DNA of 64,000 nt from Lama guanicoe (taxonomy: Eukaryota). The stretch is taken from the NCBI GenBank assembly GCA_013239625.1, contig MU054001.1, positions 3,512,167-3,576,166 on the forward strand, in the 5' to 3' direction. Under the pieces are notes generated by a model. The model saw only the letters and a program-made list of their open reading frames with translations, had not been told where the DNA came from and did not search any database. Shown here piece by piece: positions 17,541 through 30,392 of this stretch. Positions within the stretch are counted from its first letter, which is position 1. The number at the start of each line of letters is the position of its first letter. The position numbers were made by a program, and so were the translations under genes.

Positions 17541-20500
17541 CCTCTCACCACCCACCTCCTCCCTTCTAGCGTTTTCTGATGAGTTAAGGGGAGCCAAGCA
17601 GTTTTTCGTTTGGACAGGCTTTCCGAGGCAACCGAAGCCCTTAGGAGAGGGTCTGAGCCTCGGGGTTTCTGTCTGCGTTTCTCTCCCACCTGCCTCCCTC
17701 TCTGCTTGGCTCCCTGCCTATCCATTCATCAATCGACTATGTTTCTAATCCGTTGATCATTACCTGCCCATTCCCCTTTCCATTCATTTCCAAAACCAGA
17801 AATCGCCCTCAGCTCTGCTTCTTCTCTCAGTGTGGGAAATACACTCAGATTTTCGGCTTAGCCCAGCAGAAGAGAAATGGATTTATATTTATAAAGCAAC
17901 AGGGTCTATTTTAAGGCAGATGTGAACGCACCGCCCCCACCCGCTCCCGCCAAGCCTCGCCTCACGTTTTCGCCTATTTTACCCCCTTCTGAAGCTAGAG
18001 GTGCGTGGAGATAGGTTTGGAATCGCCAAGAACCAAAATGTCCTGGGTTGTTGCTGCCTGGAATGACGGCAGCCAAGTTCACACAAATGTTTAACTAAAA
18101 ATATTCATTTTGGTGACATTTCCCCAGTTCTTTTTTTTTTTTTTGAGGTGGGGGGCGCCAGGGGAATGTGATTTGTTGTAAAAAGAAAACAAGAAAGTAC
18201 AGCGGATAATGTTAAAAAAAAAACCTTATGTCCATCACTCAAAATTTATATAAACGTTAGCAACGTGAGTTTGTTTTTCGCGTTTCTGAGTAACCGTACT
18301 TTTTCTTTTTCTCTCTGTCTCCCTGCGTGGCTGTCATTCTTTCACCCTTTTCTCCTTCCTTCCTTTCAGGTCCTGCCTTACCTATATATTCTTTTGTGTG
18401 TTTCCCCTCCCTCTTCTCTATGGCTCTCCACCCCCACTTCGCATTTACACACTGCGATGCTTCCCTCTTTCTGGAAAACAGACTTGCAGGAGCAGTTTGG
18501 TGATTGACAGGGACCTAGGGAGGGAAAGAGGAGACCAATGACAGACCCCAGCTACCCACGGCCCCTCAGGCCAGTGGCTGTGAGGCGGGGAGCACAGAGT
18601 GAGGAAGGGGGCAGGTTCCCGCAGACCAGCTGAAGATCTTGAAGCTCTCTGAGCGTTGAGGTTTTGCATCACAGTCCCCTGGGGCCAGGTTTATTCAGTT
18701 GAGGTTTAGAGGGCTGAGGAACAGTTTTTGTTGTTTTTTTTTTTTTAACTGTAGGAATACATGTCCATCCAGAAAATCCTAAATGATTTGCTTTTGACAT
18801 CCATTTCTAGGAGATTATTTGCTTATTGTTTTTGGCGTGTTGTGAACGTCAAGAATGAGAGAGCTTAAAAAAAAAAGAAAGAAAAACTCCCACTCTGTTA
18901 AAACTTAGCAGTCCTGTTAGAAAAATAAAGCTTTGGAACCTTTTACTAGGAGTTACACATCCCTACCCCCAATGAAACAAATGTCAAAGGAAGTAACAAA
19001 AATGGGGGAAAAAAATGTAAAGTGAATTGCAAAGGGCTCCACCGTCGGGGGGCAATCTGAGATTCACAGAAAGTGGAGACGGATAAGACAGGAATTAGGT
19101 CATCTCGTCCAGACCCCAGGAAATATGTTTAGATCAAAGCCTGCTCCGTTAGAATAAACAAAACAGGGCCCAATGGGCCTTACCAATATTTTCATCTCCG
19201 TGCTAAGAGCTGCTAATCTAACCGGCTCTATTTGATGAAAGGGGAAAAAATTACAACTGTAAAAATGGCTCAGTAAAAAAAAGAAAAAAGAAAAAAAAAG
19301 TCCTCTCAACTCTACTAGGAAGATAAAGATTTAGATTTGAGCTAAAAAGTAACAAGATCCAGGCCCAGATCCACACAAACTTCCTGGAATTTTAGCACTA
19401 AGTACATTATCTAATCCCAGGCATTGTTCCGTCCTTGCCAGCAACCCCTGCCCACCCCCACCCCCGTGCAACTGAGCATACCGAATGATTTACATAAAAA
19501 AATTGTTAAATTTTAACTGCAGTCTAAGAACCTTGCAGGAGGCAGACTTTTGGGTTCATTTACTCCACATTCCTTAAGGACCTACCACCACCAGCCTCAC
19601 TGTCCACCCCCCCACCCGCAGTTGGAGCTACGTGTTGGCTTTATTGTTAGGGATGGTTCTTTAAGCCCCATCTTCAAGTTTGGTCTCTCTTTCCACTAAG
19701 CAGATAGATGGAGACAGGGAGCTAGGGTCTTAGAAGCCTGGCTTTGGGTCCACTCAGCAGCCGTAGGTATTTTAGCATCTAAGCCTGAGTACTGGATAAG
19801 GCTTTCTTTTACTGCAGAGCAGATGGCCTTAAAGCAACTGCCAGCGAACATTTGATAGATAGAAACATTCAAAAAAGGGACAGGAAATCCCAGAGAAGGA
19901 AAATTCACCCAGGCTAAATCCAGGGTTGCCGTTCCTTGCTGAGCCTGGTTTCCTCTTAACTGTTTAAACATATGATTTGGCTCCTCTTGTGTTTCTACAT
20001 CCATCTGAGCTCAACTTTAACAAAGACTGAGGGACCGCCTGTCAGCTTGGCTCCGGTCCTCTCTAAAGCCAGGACAACAGGGGTGGGGGATGTGACAGGA
20101 CTTTATAAACACCACCAGGAACAGGCCATCTTCTGTGTGGGCCCCTTGGCTGCTCACCTTTCTGAGGACAGTTCCAGGATCAGCTTTTTCCTGCCGTTCT
20201 ATGGACGGCCTTGAAGACACATGGCACCGCGCTGGAAGCTGCACAGGCCGGTCCTCCCTTGTGAGACCTGGGATGAGACCCAGTCCAGCTGAATCGTGTG
20301 ATGACGTGATGCAGAATGGCCATGGGTCACATCGTCTTGTAATCACAGCCACGTTCCCTGGAGGCCCAGACAGTTGCCTGTAAACATGGGTAAGAATACG
20401 AATGCAGCAGGCTCCTCTCCTGATGGAAGGGACATGAAGGGGAGTACGAACCAGCCTGCAGGGCTGCTTCAGTATTTAGAATTTGGGATGCTCCACCAGC

Positions 20501-21109
20501 CTCATCTCACATCCATCCTGTGAAACAGGCAAGGCCACTGTCACTTAAAAGGTGACAAAACTGACACCCAGAGAACAGAGAAGGAACAGTTGGATGCCAG
20601 GAAACCTGGAGCCATTATTTGCTCAGTAGTCAACCCTGGGGCACCATCCTAACTTCTGGGATCCATGGACTGATATCCCTATCTGTACCATGAAAGGTTC
20701 AGTCTCCATCAGTGCTTCCCTGAAGCTGCCATCAGAGACTTAGCACATTCACAATTTTGCATCATCAGAGTCACTTATGCCATTATCCATTTGGTAATTT
20801 CTTTTAAGTTTCTCCCTTTTTAAAACTTAAGTGTATTTATGTTCGAAGGACTAGGAAATGTGGGATTCCGTTCTCTCCAGAAGTCCTTCTAGTCCTGTGC
20901 AGGAGAAAGCCTTACAATCCACATGCATTTGGCGATGTGCCCCGAATCCAAGTAATACAGACACATCCTGCTCTCCCATTGGCTACATCCTTTCTTCATT
21001 TCCTTCTAACCAGCTGCCTCTTGCTTTAGATGAGAGTGAGGTCTGTGGGTCTTAAAGATTTCTGTTTCTCCACCCCTCTACCTGTCGACACTGGAACTGG
21101 AAATAGCCC

Positions 21110-21368
21110 GGAATTTTCCAGCTGTGGGTTGGGATGCATTCGTGCATGAGGAAATCAGTCTAGCAGGTGACCTCCAGCATTATCTTTTAAGTGTAATAGA
21201 ATAGGAAATAGCAGCAGACATCACACTCTCCACTTAGGGTCAGTGGTGTCCTATGAAGCTCTGTTTCGGCCATGTACATGTGTGCCCCTCCCTGCACATG
21301 GGTACCGGGCCACAATGATAAAGATCCTTCTTAACATGAGCTGCCGTCCAAAAGCTTGAAAGCCCCTG
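21110..21368. mobile_element. Probable hAT-Charlie-type non-autonomous DNA transposon remnant
   Basis: Ends in aaaagcttgaaagcccctg, resembling Charlie/MER termini. Family assigned from memory. Confidence 0.4.
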
Positions 21369-22244
21369 ACAAAGGCCCTGAAAAATGCAGTTCTCTCCTC
21401 TTTTTCTCAGTTGCAATCACAGAACAGGGGCTTTCGAGAGAGGTGGGGGGCTGGGGGTCAGGCTTAGGGGTAGGGAGAGTCCTGTGGAACCCTGCTCCTC
21501 AGATCTCTTTGCACACACGCATCCATTAGGCAGAGTTTCTAGCTGCTGCCTCTGCAGGTAAGGAGAGGCCAACGGCTGGGCTCGTGGTGCTAGAAAGCCT
21601 GTATTCTCCTCTCCTGGGCTGCTTCCATGTGGATAAGTTTAATAACAATTTTCCAAAAAAAAAAAAAAAAAAGGAGAATTTAATAAGTGCAAAAAAGAAA
21701 ACAAAAACTGCATAGGAAAACATAATTTCTGCCACAAGCTGCATTGTCCCTTTAAGAACCCTCCCCCGTTGGTCATTGGGCCCCAGCTCTGGGGTAACTA
21801 AGACAACATCTCTCCCCAGTCCTGCCATTTCTAAGCATCCTTAGTCACTGTGCTAACGAGACAGGGCTTACTATAGCCTAACAGCATGTCATCCTGAGTA
21901 ATCATTTCTAGAAGAGCTCTTTTAAAAGCGCTGCTCAGATAGGGAGGTTGTCTGCAGACCTTAACAAAGGTCAGATTCTGTCTAACATGTGCGCACACGG
22001 ACACACATCTGCCTAAATCTTCAGAGCTAGGAGTGACCAGGAAGGAACTTCTTGGGCTGCATAGAAGTTAGTGTGAGAGCTGGAGCCTGAGTTTTGATAA
22101 CTAAATAAACTGCACCCCCTCCATCTGGGTGCAGGCGTGACTGACTTATCCAAGGTCGGCTGATCAGTTGAAGATCAGGATAGAGTTTCTTGACCTGGAT
22201 TCTCAGTCAAAGACTTCTTACGTAAAATATAATAAAAAAAGTTA

Positions 22245-22625
22245 CTATGGTAGTTCCCATTCTGGGCATCAGTTCATCAGCCCTCTCTTATCCATGGCCT
22301 GTGCAGTGCTGGCCCCCCAGGGCGGGATGTATTTCCCTGCCCCTTCTGGTCTGGCCACATGACTTGATGTGCCAAGCCTGGGCCCCAAGATACCTGCATG
22401 TTTCTACTTGTACCCTTGTGCCTCTGCCATCACCGTGAAAAGAACGTGCCCACCAGTCTTGGGAAGAGAGTAAAAGCCACCCCCTGCCAAGCCCAGCCAA
22501 GATCAGCTGAGTCCCAGCCAGCACCTGCGTGAGTCCCACTGAACAGAGCCTACCCGCAGATCTGGGGCAATAGATGGGTGTGGTTTTAATCCACTGAGCT
22601 GGTATGTGGTTCCTTACTAACATCA
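22245..22625 (+). mobile_element. MaLR LTR (MLT1-type) remnant
   Basis: Typical MLT1 motifs: gtatttccctgcccc, ggccacatgactt, cccagccaagatcagctga, ttttaatccactgag. Confidence 0.6.
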
Positions 22626-22660
22626 TGGGGCCCACAGTCAACCATTTCAATAAGAAGTAC

Positions 22661-23090
22661 CTGGATATATGCCTAGGAGTGAGACTGCTGGGTCACATGG
22701 TGAGTCTATTTTTAGTTTTTTGAGGAATCTCCATACTGTTTTCCATAATGGCTGCACCAAACTACACTCCCACCAACTGTAGGAGGGCTCCCTTTCCTCC
22801 AAACCCTCTTCAGTATCTATTATTCGTAGACTTTTCAATGATGGCCATTCTGACTGGTGTGGGGTGATACCTCATTGTTGTTTTGATATGGATTTCTCTG
22901 ATAATTAGTGATATTGAGCATTTTTTCATGTGTCTGTTGGCTATTTGTATGATTTCATTGGAGAGTTGCTTGTTTAGGTCTTCTGCCCATTTTTGGATTG
23001 GGTTATTTGTTTTTTTCTTATTAAGCTGTATGAGCTATTTATATATTTTAGAGATTAAGTCCATGTCATTCTCTTTTTTTGCAAATTTTC
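22661..23090 (-). mobile_element. L1 ORF2 3' fragment, inverted part of a twin-primed L1 insertion
   Basis: Minus-strand translation [38 protein letters not shown] matches the L1 ORF2 C-terminal region. Confidence 0.9.
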
Positions 23091-23719
23091 CTGGGCATAT
23101 ATCCAGAGGGAACCTTAATTCAAAAAGACACACGCACCCCAGTGTTCATAGCAGCACTATTTACAATAGCCAAGACATGAAAACAGTCTAAATGTCCATT
23201 GACAGATGACTGGATAAAGAAATTGTGGTATATTTATACAATGAAATACTACTCAACAGTAAAAAAATAATAAAATAATGCCATTTGCAGCAACATAGAT
23301 GGACCTGGAGAATGTCATTCTAAGTGAAGTAAGCCAGAAAGAGAAAGAAAAATACCATATGATATCACTTATCTGTGGAATCTAAAAAAAAGAAAAAAGA
23401 GAAAAAAGACTAAGTTGTTTACAAAACAGAAACAGACTCACAGACATAGAAAACAAACTTATGGTTATGGGGAAGGGGATTGGAAGGGATAATTGGGAGT
23501 TCTAGATTTGCAGATACTAACTACTATACACAAAATAGATAAAAAATAAGTTTATACTGTATAGCACAGGGAACTATATTTCAATATCTTGTAACCTACG
23601 GTGAAAAAGAATATGAAATATATATATGTTCCTATATAACTGAAGCATTGTGCTGTACACCAGAAACTGACATAACATTGTAAACTGACTATACTTCAAT
23701 AAAGATATTTTTTTAAAAA
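23091..23719 (+). mobile_element. L1 ORF2 end and 3' UTR (cetartiodactyl-type), sense part of the same insertion
   Basis: ctgggcatatatccag...gcagcactatttacaatagccaagac...aaacagactcacagacatagaaaacaaacttatgg...cattgtaaactgactatacttcAATAAA (23698-23703). Confidence 0.9.
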
Positions 23720-23749
23720 GTATCTTGCAGTCACAAAATATCAGATGTT

Positions 23750-23950
23750 TCAGAGGCTTTACTTGCATTAACTCACTCAATCCCTGTAACAACTGCAAGA
23801 GGGGGGCGCTATCCTTGCACCCATTTTATGGATAAGGGACCTAAGGTGCAGAGAGGTTCAGTGAAATATTAAGTGCACACATCTGGTAAGCAGCAGGAAT
23901 TTAAACCCGGACAATTTCACTCCATCACTCACATGCTCCGTTCTTAACCA
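23750..23950 (-). mobile_element. MIR SINE
   Basis: cccattttatggataagggacctaaggtgcagagaggtt core, similar to the MIR consensus. Confidence 0.65.
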
Positions 23951-24759
23951 TTCTGGTCTCCCTTCCTCCATCACAAATACTCCCAAAGAGAATAAGTACC
24001 CGCCAGTCTCTCCTGAACTAAACCCCAGGCCCAGAATTCTACAATAAATAAATTGAATCTCTGCACCTTCCCCTTTCCCTACTCTGTTTATAGGTCTCCA
24101 GAGAAGTTGAATCCTCTGGAATTCACAGGCACATGATCTGCTCTCTAAACACCTCCTTCTAACAGGAGAACCTTCCTGACCACGGTCCTTGGAGCTCAGC
24201 ATGCAGCGTTGACAGAAGTAGCAGGGATCCCCACGAACTGTGACTCCACACCCTGACTCCAGGACCTTCCTTCAGCGAGCGCTGGCTGCTTTATGGATGT
24301 GATGGTCATTATCTCCCCTGTAAAGACCTTGTTTACATTTAGAGTTCAAATTACGCTGGTATCTTTTCCACTGAGAAAATGGGGCATCCACCCAGCCATG
24401 TGGGGGGCTTTATTCCTCCCTCTTCCCCTCTCTCAGGGGACCACCAGTCAACCCTTTTTCCTTTTTGCTTTTCACAGCCTGCACGTCACCGTCACACCGT
24501 CTTTCTCGGAGCTGGGAAATGTTGCATCTGAATGATCACAGTGAAAACATGATTTGCAGGCATGAGCAGCTGATATATTTTTGTCTCCCTGGGAAGAGGA
24601 TCGATGAGGTTCACATTTTCTGATGCTCCTAAAACGATATTTGAAAATTCCTGGGAAATCAAGGAAATGTTTAGGGAAATAGTTAACATTTGAGGAAATT
24701 TAGGAAATCATAGAGGAGGATCAAGTTGTCATGTTCTGGAACAAACCAAAGGGCAGAAA

Positions 24760-25115
24760 CTTAGTCTCCCAGAATTTTGGTTGCTAGAGGTCAAAGTGTT
24801 GGCAGAGCCATGAAGCCTCCGAAGTCTCTAGGGGAGAATCTTTGCCACGCCTTTCTCTTAGTATCGGATGTCACCAGCCGTTCTTGGCTTGTAGACACGT
24901 CACTCCAATCTCTGCCTCTGGCATCACGTGGGGTTTTCCCTGTGTGTCTTCACATTATCTCCCTCTGTGCACTTCTGTCTCTGTCTCTTCTCCTCTTCTT
25001 ATAAGGACACTAGTCATATTGAATTGGAGTCCACTCTAAAGACCTCATCTCAACCTAGGTTTATTTGCCAAGACACTAAATCCAAATGAGGGGACATTTG
25101 CAGATACAGAGAGTT
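24760..25115 (-). mobile_element. MaLR LTR (MLT1C/D-like)
   Basis: caaagtgttggcagagccatg...tctctaggggagaatc...ccaatctctgcctc...tcttcttataaggacactagtcatattg. Confidence 0.75.
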
Positions 25116-25249
25116 GGAAGGAGGCAGTCACAGTAGCTCAGGTGAGACAAAAAGAGGACCTGAGAGGAGAAGAAAGGGTGAAAGAGCTTGGGGGTATTTT
25201 TGAACAGATCTCACAGCCCAGAAAAGCCACAGCTCTCAGCTTAAAAGAT

Positions 25250-25440
25250 GCCCAGAGACCTCGCGTCACAAAATGGAGACCTACCGGCTGAGTTAGCCTG
25301 CATATGTGTTTTATTTGGCTCCCAAGGCATATTTCACAAATTTAAAAGCTTTGCCCACACTTGAAAGTCAGGAGATCTCATATAAAAGTTCACATTTCCA
25401 GATTTTCTTCTTTTGAGTGTCAGGTGATGTAGCATCCTCA
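25250..25440. mobile_element. Probable hAT-Charlie (MER102-like) fragment
   Basis: atgtgttttatttggc...gtcaggagatctcatataaaagttcacatttccag resembles Charlie-family MERs. Confidence 0.4.
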
Positions 25441-26024
25441 CTTTCCCAGGTTTCCAAAATTGGCTGGCATGAAGGCATCACTGTCCCCTTTCGAGGGAGC
25501 CAACCGGTTCTCCACTTTTCTTCTATTCCCACCCAGACCACCTCACTCATCTGCCACTCTCTGTACACATTTGACTCTTCTCCCTAGATGTGGTCCAATC
25601 AGCTCCTTTTGCACAGGAGGAAAGGAAGGCCACGTGGCAGGAACACCTTGTGTTACTGGTGGATGCAGCTACAGATGGATTTGACAGAGGAAGGCTAGGG
25701 TAGGACGGGACACAGATGCCCTCCAGGTAAAGGGAGGCAGATAATTCACAGCAAGAGGACATCTCAGCAGAAGGGCTCTGCCAGGAAGCAGATCTTTGGG
25801 TTCAGACTGGACCCTGGATTTCCTGCAGATGTCTTTGCTGGAGATGCTAAATTCAGAAAGGGAGAGAAAGCTTTCCCTTTCTGATGGCTTGAAGCTGGGA
25901 CTGAGGTGGGGAAAAGGAAGTTTCCCTGATCATTCTTTGCACGCCGGAGGCTTGATGCTTTACGAAGCACTCTTACGTTCACTGTTTCCCTTAACTGTAC
26001 AGGACGGAGCAGAGCAGATGGTAA

Positions 26025-26160
26025 CACCATTCCTTTTAGACAGATGAGGAAACCAAGGTCCAGGGGATTTAATGAGGTCTTTCCAGGGGGCTGGATAGTA
26101 AGTGGCAGAGAACTGTTTAAATCCAGCATCTTTCTCTGCTAGCCCGATGCTCTTTCTAAT
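26025..26160 (-). mobile_element. MIR SINE
   Basis: ttttagacagatgaggaaaccaaggtccagggg...tagtaagtggcagag. Confidence 0.7.
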
Positions 26161-28237
26161 GAAACGCTTCCTATTTTAGGAGTGGTAATTGCCCTCTGGC
26201 CAAAAGGCTCTCCCTCCTTTGAGTCTGGAAGGTTCAATTCAGACCCAGCCATAACAAAGACTGAAAAAGATTAGCTTCCCACAGATCTAGATGGAGTTAT
26301 CTAGAGAGAGCAAGAATGACCAGAGCCTCCCTTCCGTTCCTCCCTCCCCTCTTCTCTCTGCCCTCACCAATTTCTTTCCTTCATCAAATGGTTATTAAAA
26401 TCTTATTAAACCGTGAAGCATCCCATGACGTTGGGCAGTTTAGTGAGCCCCATGGTTGCCTTTTGGGGCTCGCAGAGCGGTGGAGCCCACAGCCAGGGAG
26501 CCCACGGAGCAGGGAGGTGAGCTAGAAGTCTGTGCACGGGACGCTGCGATGTAGCCACAAAAGGCGCAGGGGCTCAGGGAACCGTCTCCGGCCTTGGGAA
26601 CGGGTTGGCTTGCTACACGGAGTTCGTTTATTCACTCATTCAGCAAGCATTTAGGGAGCTCTCCACCAGGCACCCTTCTCAGTTCTGGGATGCATCAGTG
26701 ACTGGAGCAGACTGACCACCTGCCCTCGGGGAGCTGGCACCCTTGTGAAAAGGCTGGAGGAAAGGGTCGTGTGGCTTTAGGCTGCTACTTCTCTAATGCA
26801 CTAAAAGAGTGACTGCATTTCCTGGGGCTTCTGCTTCTGTAAGTCTGGAGGACAGGAAACCCCCCCCCCCCGCTAAAGAAGCCCTGGATTCCGGAACAAT
26901 CCTCTCTGCAAAAGCTTAGCCAAGACAGTCACGGACTGCACCCAGAAACCTGAGTGAAACAGTCCCCATCGCTGTCCCAGGAAGGGGTGCTACCCCGAGG
27001 TGAGATGCTCTGGTCTCCTTCCTGTCTTAATTACCCTCAACCAGGGTAGGGACACAGATCAGAGCTTTTCCAGAAGAAGCGTCTTTATGGCTGATGCAGG
27101 CAGAAAAAGAACAGCAGCAGCCACTGCCCCCAAAGAAAGAAAGAAAGTTTAAAAAGAGAGCCCTCCGTATCTGTGAGTCCTCATTCATACTCTGGGGTAA
27201 ATCTGTGAAACACACCCTGGGTAGGTGAACTTGACCATCATCACCAGCTGATGAACATGGAGGAGACACACTGCTTCTGTTCTCAAGCCTGGCTGCATCT
27301 TACTTTAATATCTTGTCATAAAAGAGAGAGCTGATAGAAATTGGGACCTTCCTGATTCTAGTTTCCTTTAACAGAATGCAGCACTTGGGGAGAAAGCAGA
27401 GTGCTTCTCCTTGAATTAGTGGTGGTTGCTAGAAATAATAGCTTTCAGCTTCAAAGGACAAAGAGATAAAGTTAGGAGCCGCGGTCAGCCGACAGAAACA
27501 TCTCTTGATTAGAGAGAGCCACAGGGGAAACACAGAGCTCCTGTAAACGTGGTCTTTTCCTGACCACCGAAGGAAAAGCAGCAAGACTTGTCCTAGAATG
27601 AGAGAAAGCTGTCGCCTTAAGAAAATAAAAACTCCACGTTAATGAGAAAAGAGAGAGAGATTTTACACAGTAAAGGGAGAATGTATAGATGCTAATGCAA
27701 AGTGTGGTGAGGTTAGTAAAGAATTACAAAGCATGCTGAGTAACAAAAGGGACCAAGAACAAGACTGATGATTGTTAAGGGTTAATGACAGAAGACTCTA
27801 TTGATACTATAGTGTTTGTCTTTCTTTAAGTCTTACATATTTTTTAAATGTAAAATACTAGTAAAACATAGTAAATTATTTATGGTTAGTTGCTTTAATA
27901 AGGATCTTTCCCTCTCTTTAAAAAATATAAATGGTCAAATCATTTTCAGTGTCTATTACTCAGTCAAGTGCACTTTTATAAAGCCAACAAGTTCAGAGTT
28001 CAAGGTTTCCTTTCAGACATGACAGGTCAGTCCAAGGAGGCTGAGCATTGGGATAACAGAGAACAGATTTTTATTTGGCTTTTTTTTTTTTAAACTGGGT
28101 TCTCCTAATACCAGAGAAAACTGTTAGTGTAATCGAGTATTTCGTTACTGTCTAATCATTTATCACAAAAATCATACAGTTTCCATTTTCTTCTCTATAG
28201 AAGTTTTATTATGATATATAATGCACTGATGTAAGTT

Positions 28238-28545
28238 GGTGTTTCTCAGACCTTCCTGGAAATCACTGAAATGTTGTCGAAATGCAGGTTCTGATTCAGT
28301 AGATCTGGGAGAGGGGCCTAAGAATCTTCCTTTGTAATAAGCTCTCAGGTGATGCAGGGGATGCTGATTCATGGACCACATTCTGAGTAGCAAAACTGAA
28401 TTAGTTCACAGAACACCTCCACAATTTTTGAGAAAAGTGTCTACTTCAAACCATGGTTCTCAAAATTTCCAATGTATCAAAATCACCTTGAAAGCTTGTT
28501 TTAAGTCACAGATTCCCGGGCTCTGGCCCCAAATAATCTGATTCA
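28238..28545. mobile_element. Two MER5A-like hAT MITE fragments
   Basis: ttctgattcagtagatctggg...aagctctcaggtgatgc...ggaccacattctgagtagcaa, then ccatggttctcaaa...aatcaccttgaaagcttgtt...cagattcccgggc. Confidence 0.7.
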
Positions 28546-28599
28546 TTGCTGCCACCTTCCAGTGCACGTGGACCTAAGCCTGGCTGTGCCAAGGCTGTC

Positions 28600-29070
28600 T
28601 AATCAGGGGCCTGCGTACTTTCCAGCCCAGGCTCCAGCCACTTTCCCTCTTGCTCGCAAAGCTCCAACTTCAGTGGCCTTTCTTCTCTTCTTTGAATGTT
28701 CCAGGCCTGCTCTGTATGTTTGGACATATAAATGCATGCCTGAGAAACAGCCCCTAGATCTTCCCCATTTCCCTATGACTCTCTCCTCTTGTTTCTTAAT
28801 TCTCAGTTTCAATGTCACCTCCTCCAAGAGGCCTTCCAGGACCACCCAGTCTTAAATAGTACTTTCTCCCATATTCTCTCTTTTTGACACATCATTGTAT
28901 TTTATTGCCATCACAGCTCTTATTTCTCTCTGGAATTATCTTGTTCATGTACATATTTCTTGATTTACTGTCCCTCTTCCATGAAAGCAGGGACCCTACC
29001 TGCCTTGTTCCCCCACTGAATTCTCAGGACCCAGGCCCAAATGCCAGCATATGGAATGAACGAATGAGTA
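28600..29070 (+). mobile_element. L2 LINE 3' fragment
   Basis: aatgtcacctcctccaagaggccttccaggaccaccc...ccatgaaagcagggac...gaatgaacgaatga tail. Confidence 0.75.
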
Positions 29071-29329
29071 TATGCAGGTTGAGAAGTCAGGTATAAAATA
29101 AAATAAACAATGTCAAGAATTCTGGCCTTAGAAACTTAAGACTGCAGAGTGAAGCAGATGTGAAGGCTTAATGAATAAAAGGATCAGATGAGTAGAAAAG
29201 GAATTGCTACGCTTCCTTCAGGGTGTGGAAGAAAATTAAATTAGGACTGGAAGACGGCAGTGTGTTTGCAGCTTTGTGTTCATATGCTGTATAATACAAG
29301 ATGCCTTGTTTTTTCCTGTGTCTGCTTTA

Positions 29330-29379
29330 TTTTTTTTTTAATTTTATTGAATTATAGTCAGTTTACAATGTTGTGTCTG
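29330..29379 (-). mobile_element. About 50-bp extremely 5'-truncated L1 insertion with target-site duplication
   Basis: Reverse complement acacaacattgtaaactgactataattcaataaaattaaaaaaa matches the L1 3' end at 23670-23703. Flanked by the direct repeat ctgtgtctgcttta (29316-29329 and 29380-29393). Confidence 0.85.
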
Positions 29380-29839
29380 CTGTGTCTGCTTTAAAATAAT
29401 GCAAATCCATGTTCATGGTAGACAATTTGGGAGGACGGAAAAATTTAAACACAAAAAGATATACTGCATTACCCTACCACCCAAAAATAACAATGGTTTT
29501 CATTATCTTAAGGTTTTGCTAAAGGTGTTTTCCCTTTAGAGTATTTGCAATATTGGAAAATGCATGTGTCTTACAGGATACATACCTGGCAATATGCTTC
29601 TGTGTTCTGCTCTTTCATTTAACATTGTGAGATGAGCATATTCTCATGCCTATAAAGTGTCCTTAAAAACATATTTTAATGGTTGTTTAATACTCCACTA
29701 AATGGGTAGAAATCCATCACTTATTTTCTTTATTATTATTATTATTATTTTTTACTCCATTGTCCAGAAAAGCACTCTAACTTTGTGCTCTCTTTAAAGT
29801 GGAATAGAAAGGTCTAATAAACGAATTTTCCCCTTGATG

Positions 29840-30015
29840 AGAGTAGCAGATCTCAACTGGGGGGTGATTTGGCCCCCCAGGAGATATTTTTGTTTGTCAC
29901 AACGGAGGGAGGGGGTGCTATTGGCACCTAGTGGGTAGAGGCCAGTTTTGCTACACACACAGGACAGTCCCCACAGCAAAGAATTATCTGGCCAGAAGGT
30001 CAATAGTGCTGGTGA
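29840..30015 (-). mobile_element. MER20 hAT MITE
   Basis: tctcaactgggggtgatttggcccccc...gtcacaac...ggtgctattggcacctagtgggtagaggccag...aaagaattatctggcc. Confidence 0.75.
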
Positions 30016-30269
30016 AGTTCAATAGAACTTACTGTCCAGGACAGCGTCAGGGTGAATATTCAACACCCACGTAAAATTCAAATTAGCATTCTACCATGAA
30101 AGTTCAGGACTTTGCCCTGGAATTCTGCTTCAGAGTAATTAGAACTCCAGGTAGTCGACTCTGGCATAATTGATATTTACTTGCAAAAATTTTAATTGAT
30201 TGCAAATGTTTAAATGACAATAAAAGAATGTGAAGCTGGAGCTTATATGTATATATTCATTTCTAGTTA

Positions 30270-30392
30270 CTTTTTATTGAAGTATAGTTGATGTACAATA
30301 CTACGTAAGTTACAAATGTACAATATAATGATTCACAAGTTTTAAAGTTTATACTCCATTTATAATTATTATAAAACATTTGCTATATTCAC
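30270..30392 (-). mobile_element. L1 3' UTR end fragment
   Basis: tttttattgaagtatagttgatgtacaata...atactccattt is the typical antisense L1 3' terminus. Confidence 0.7.

Noticed and set aside
16581..17748. Long ORFs (up to 268 aa) in the 3' CpG island
   Set aside because: Pro/Gly/Arg-rich, open in several frames on both strands, no domain similarity; a GC-content artefact.
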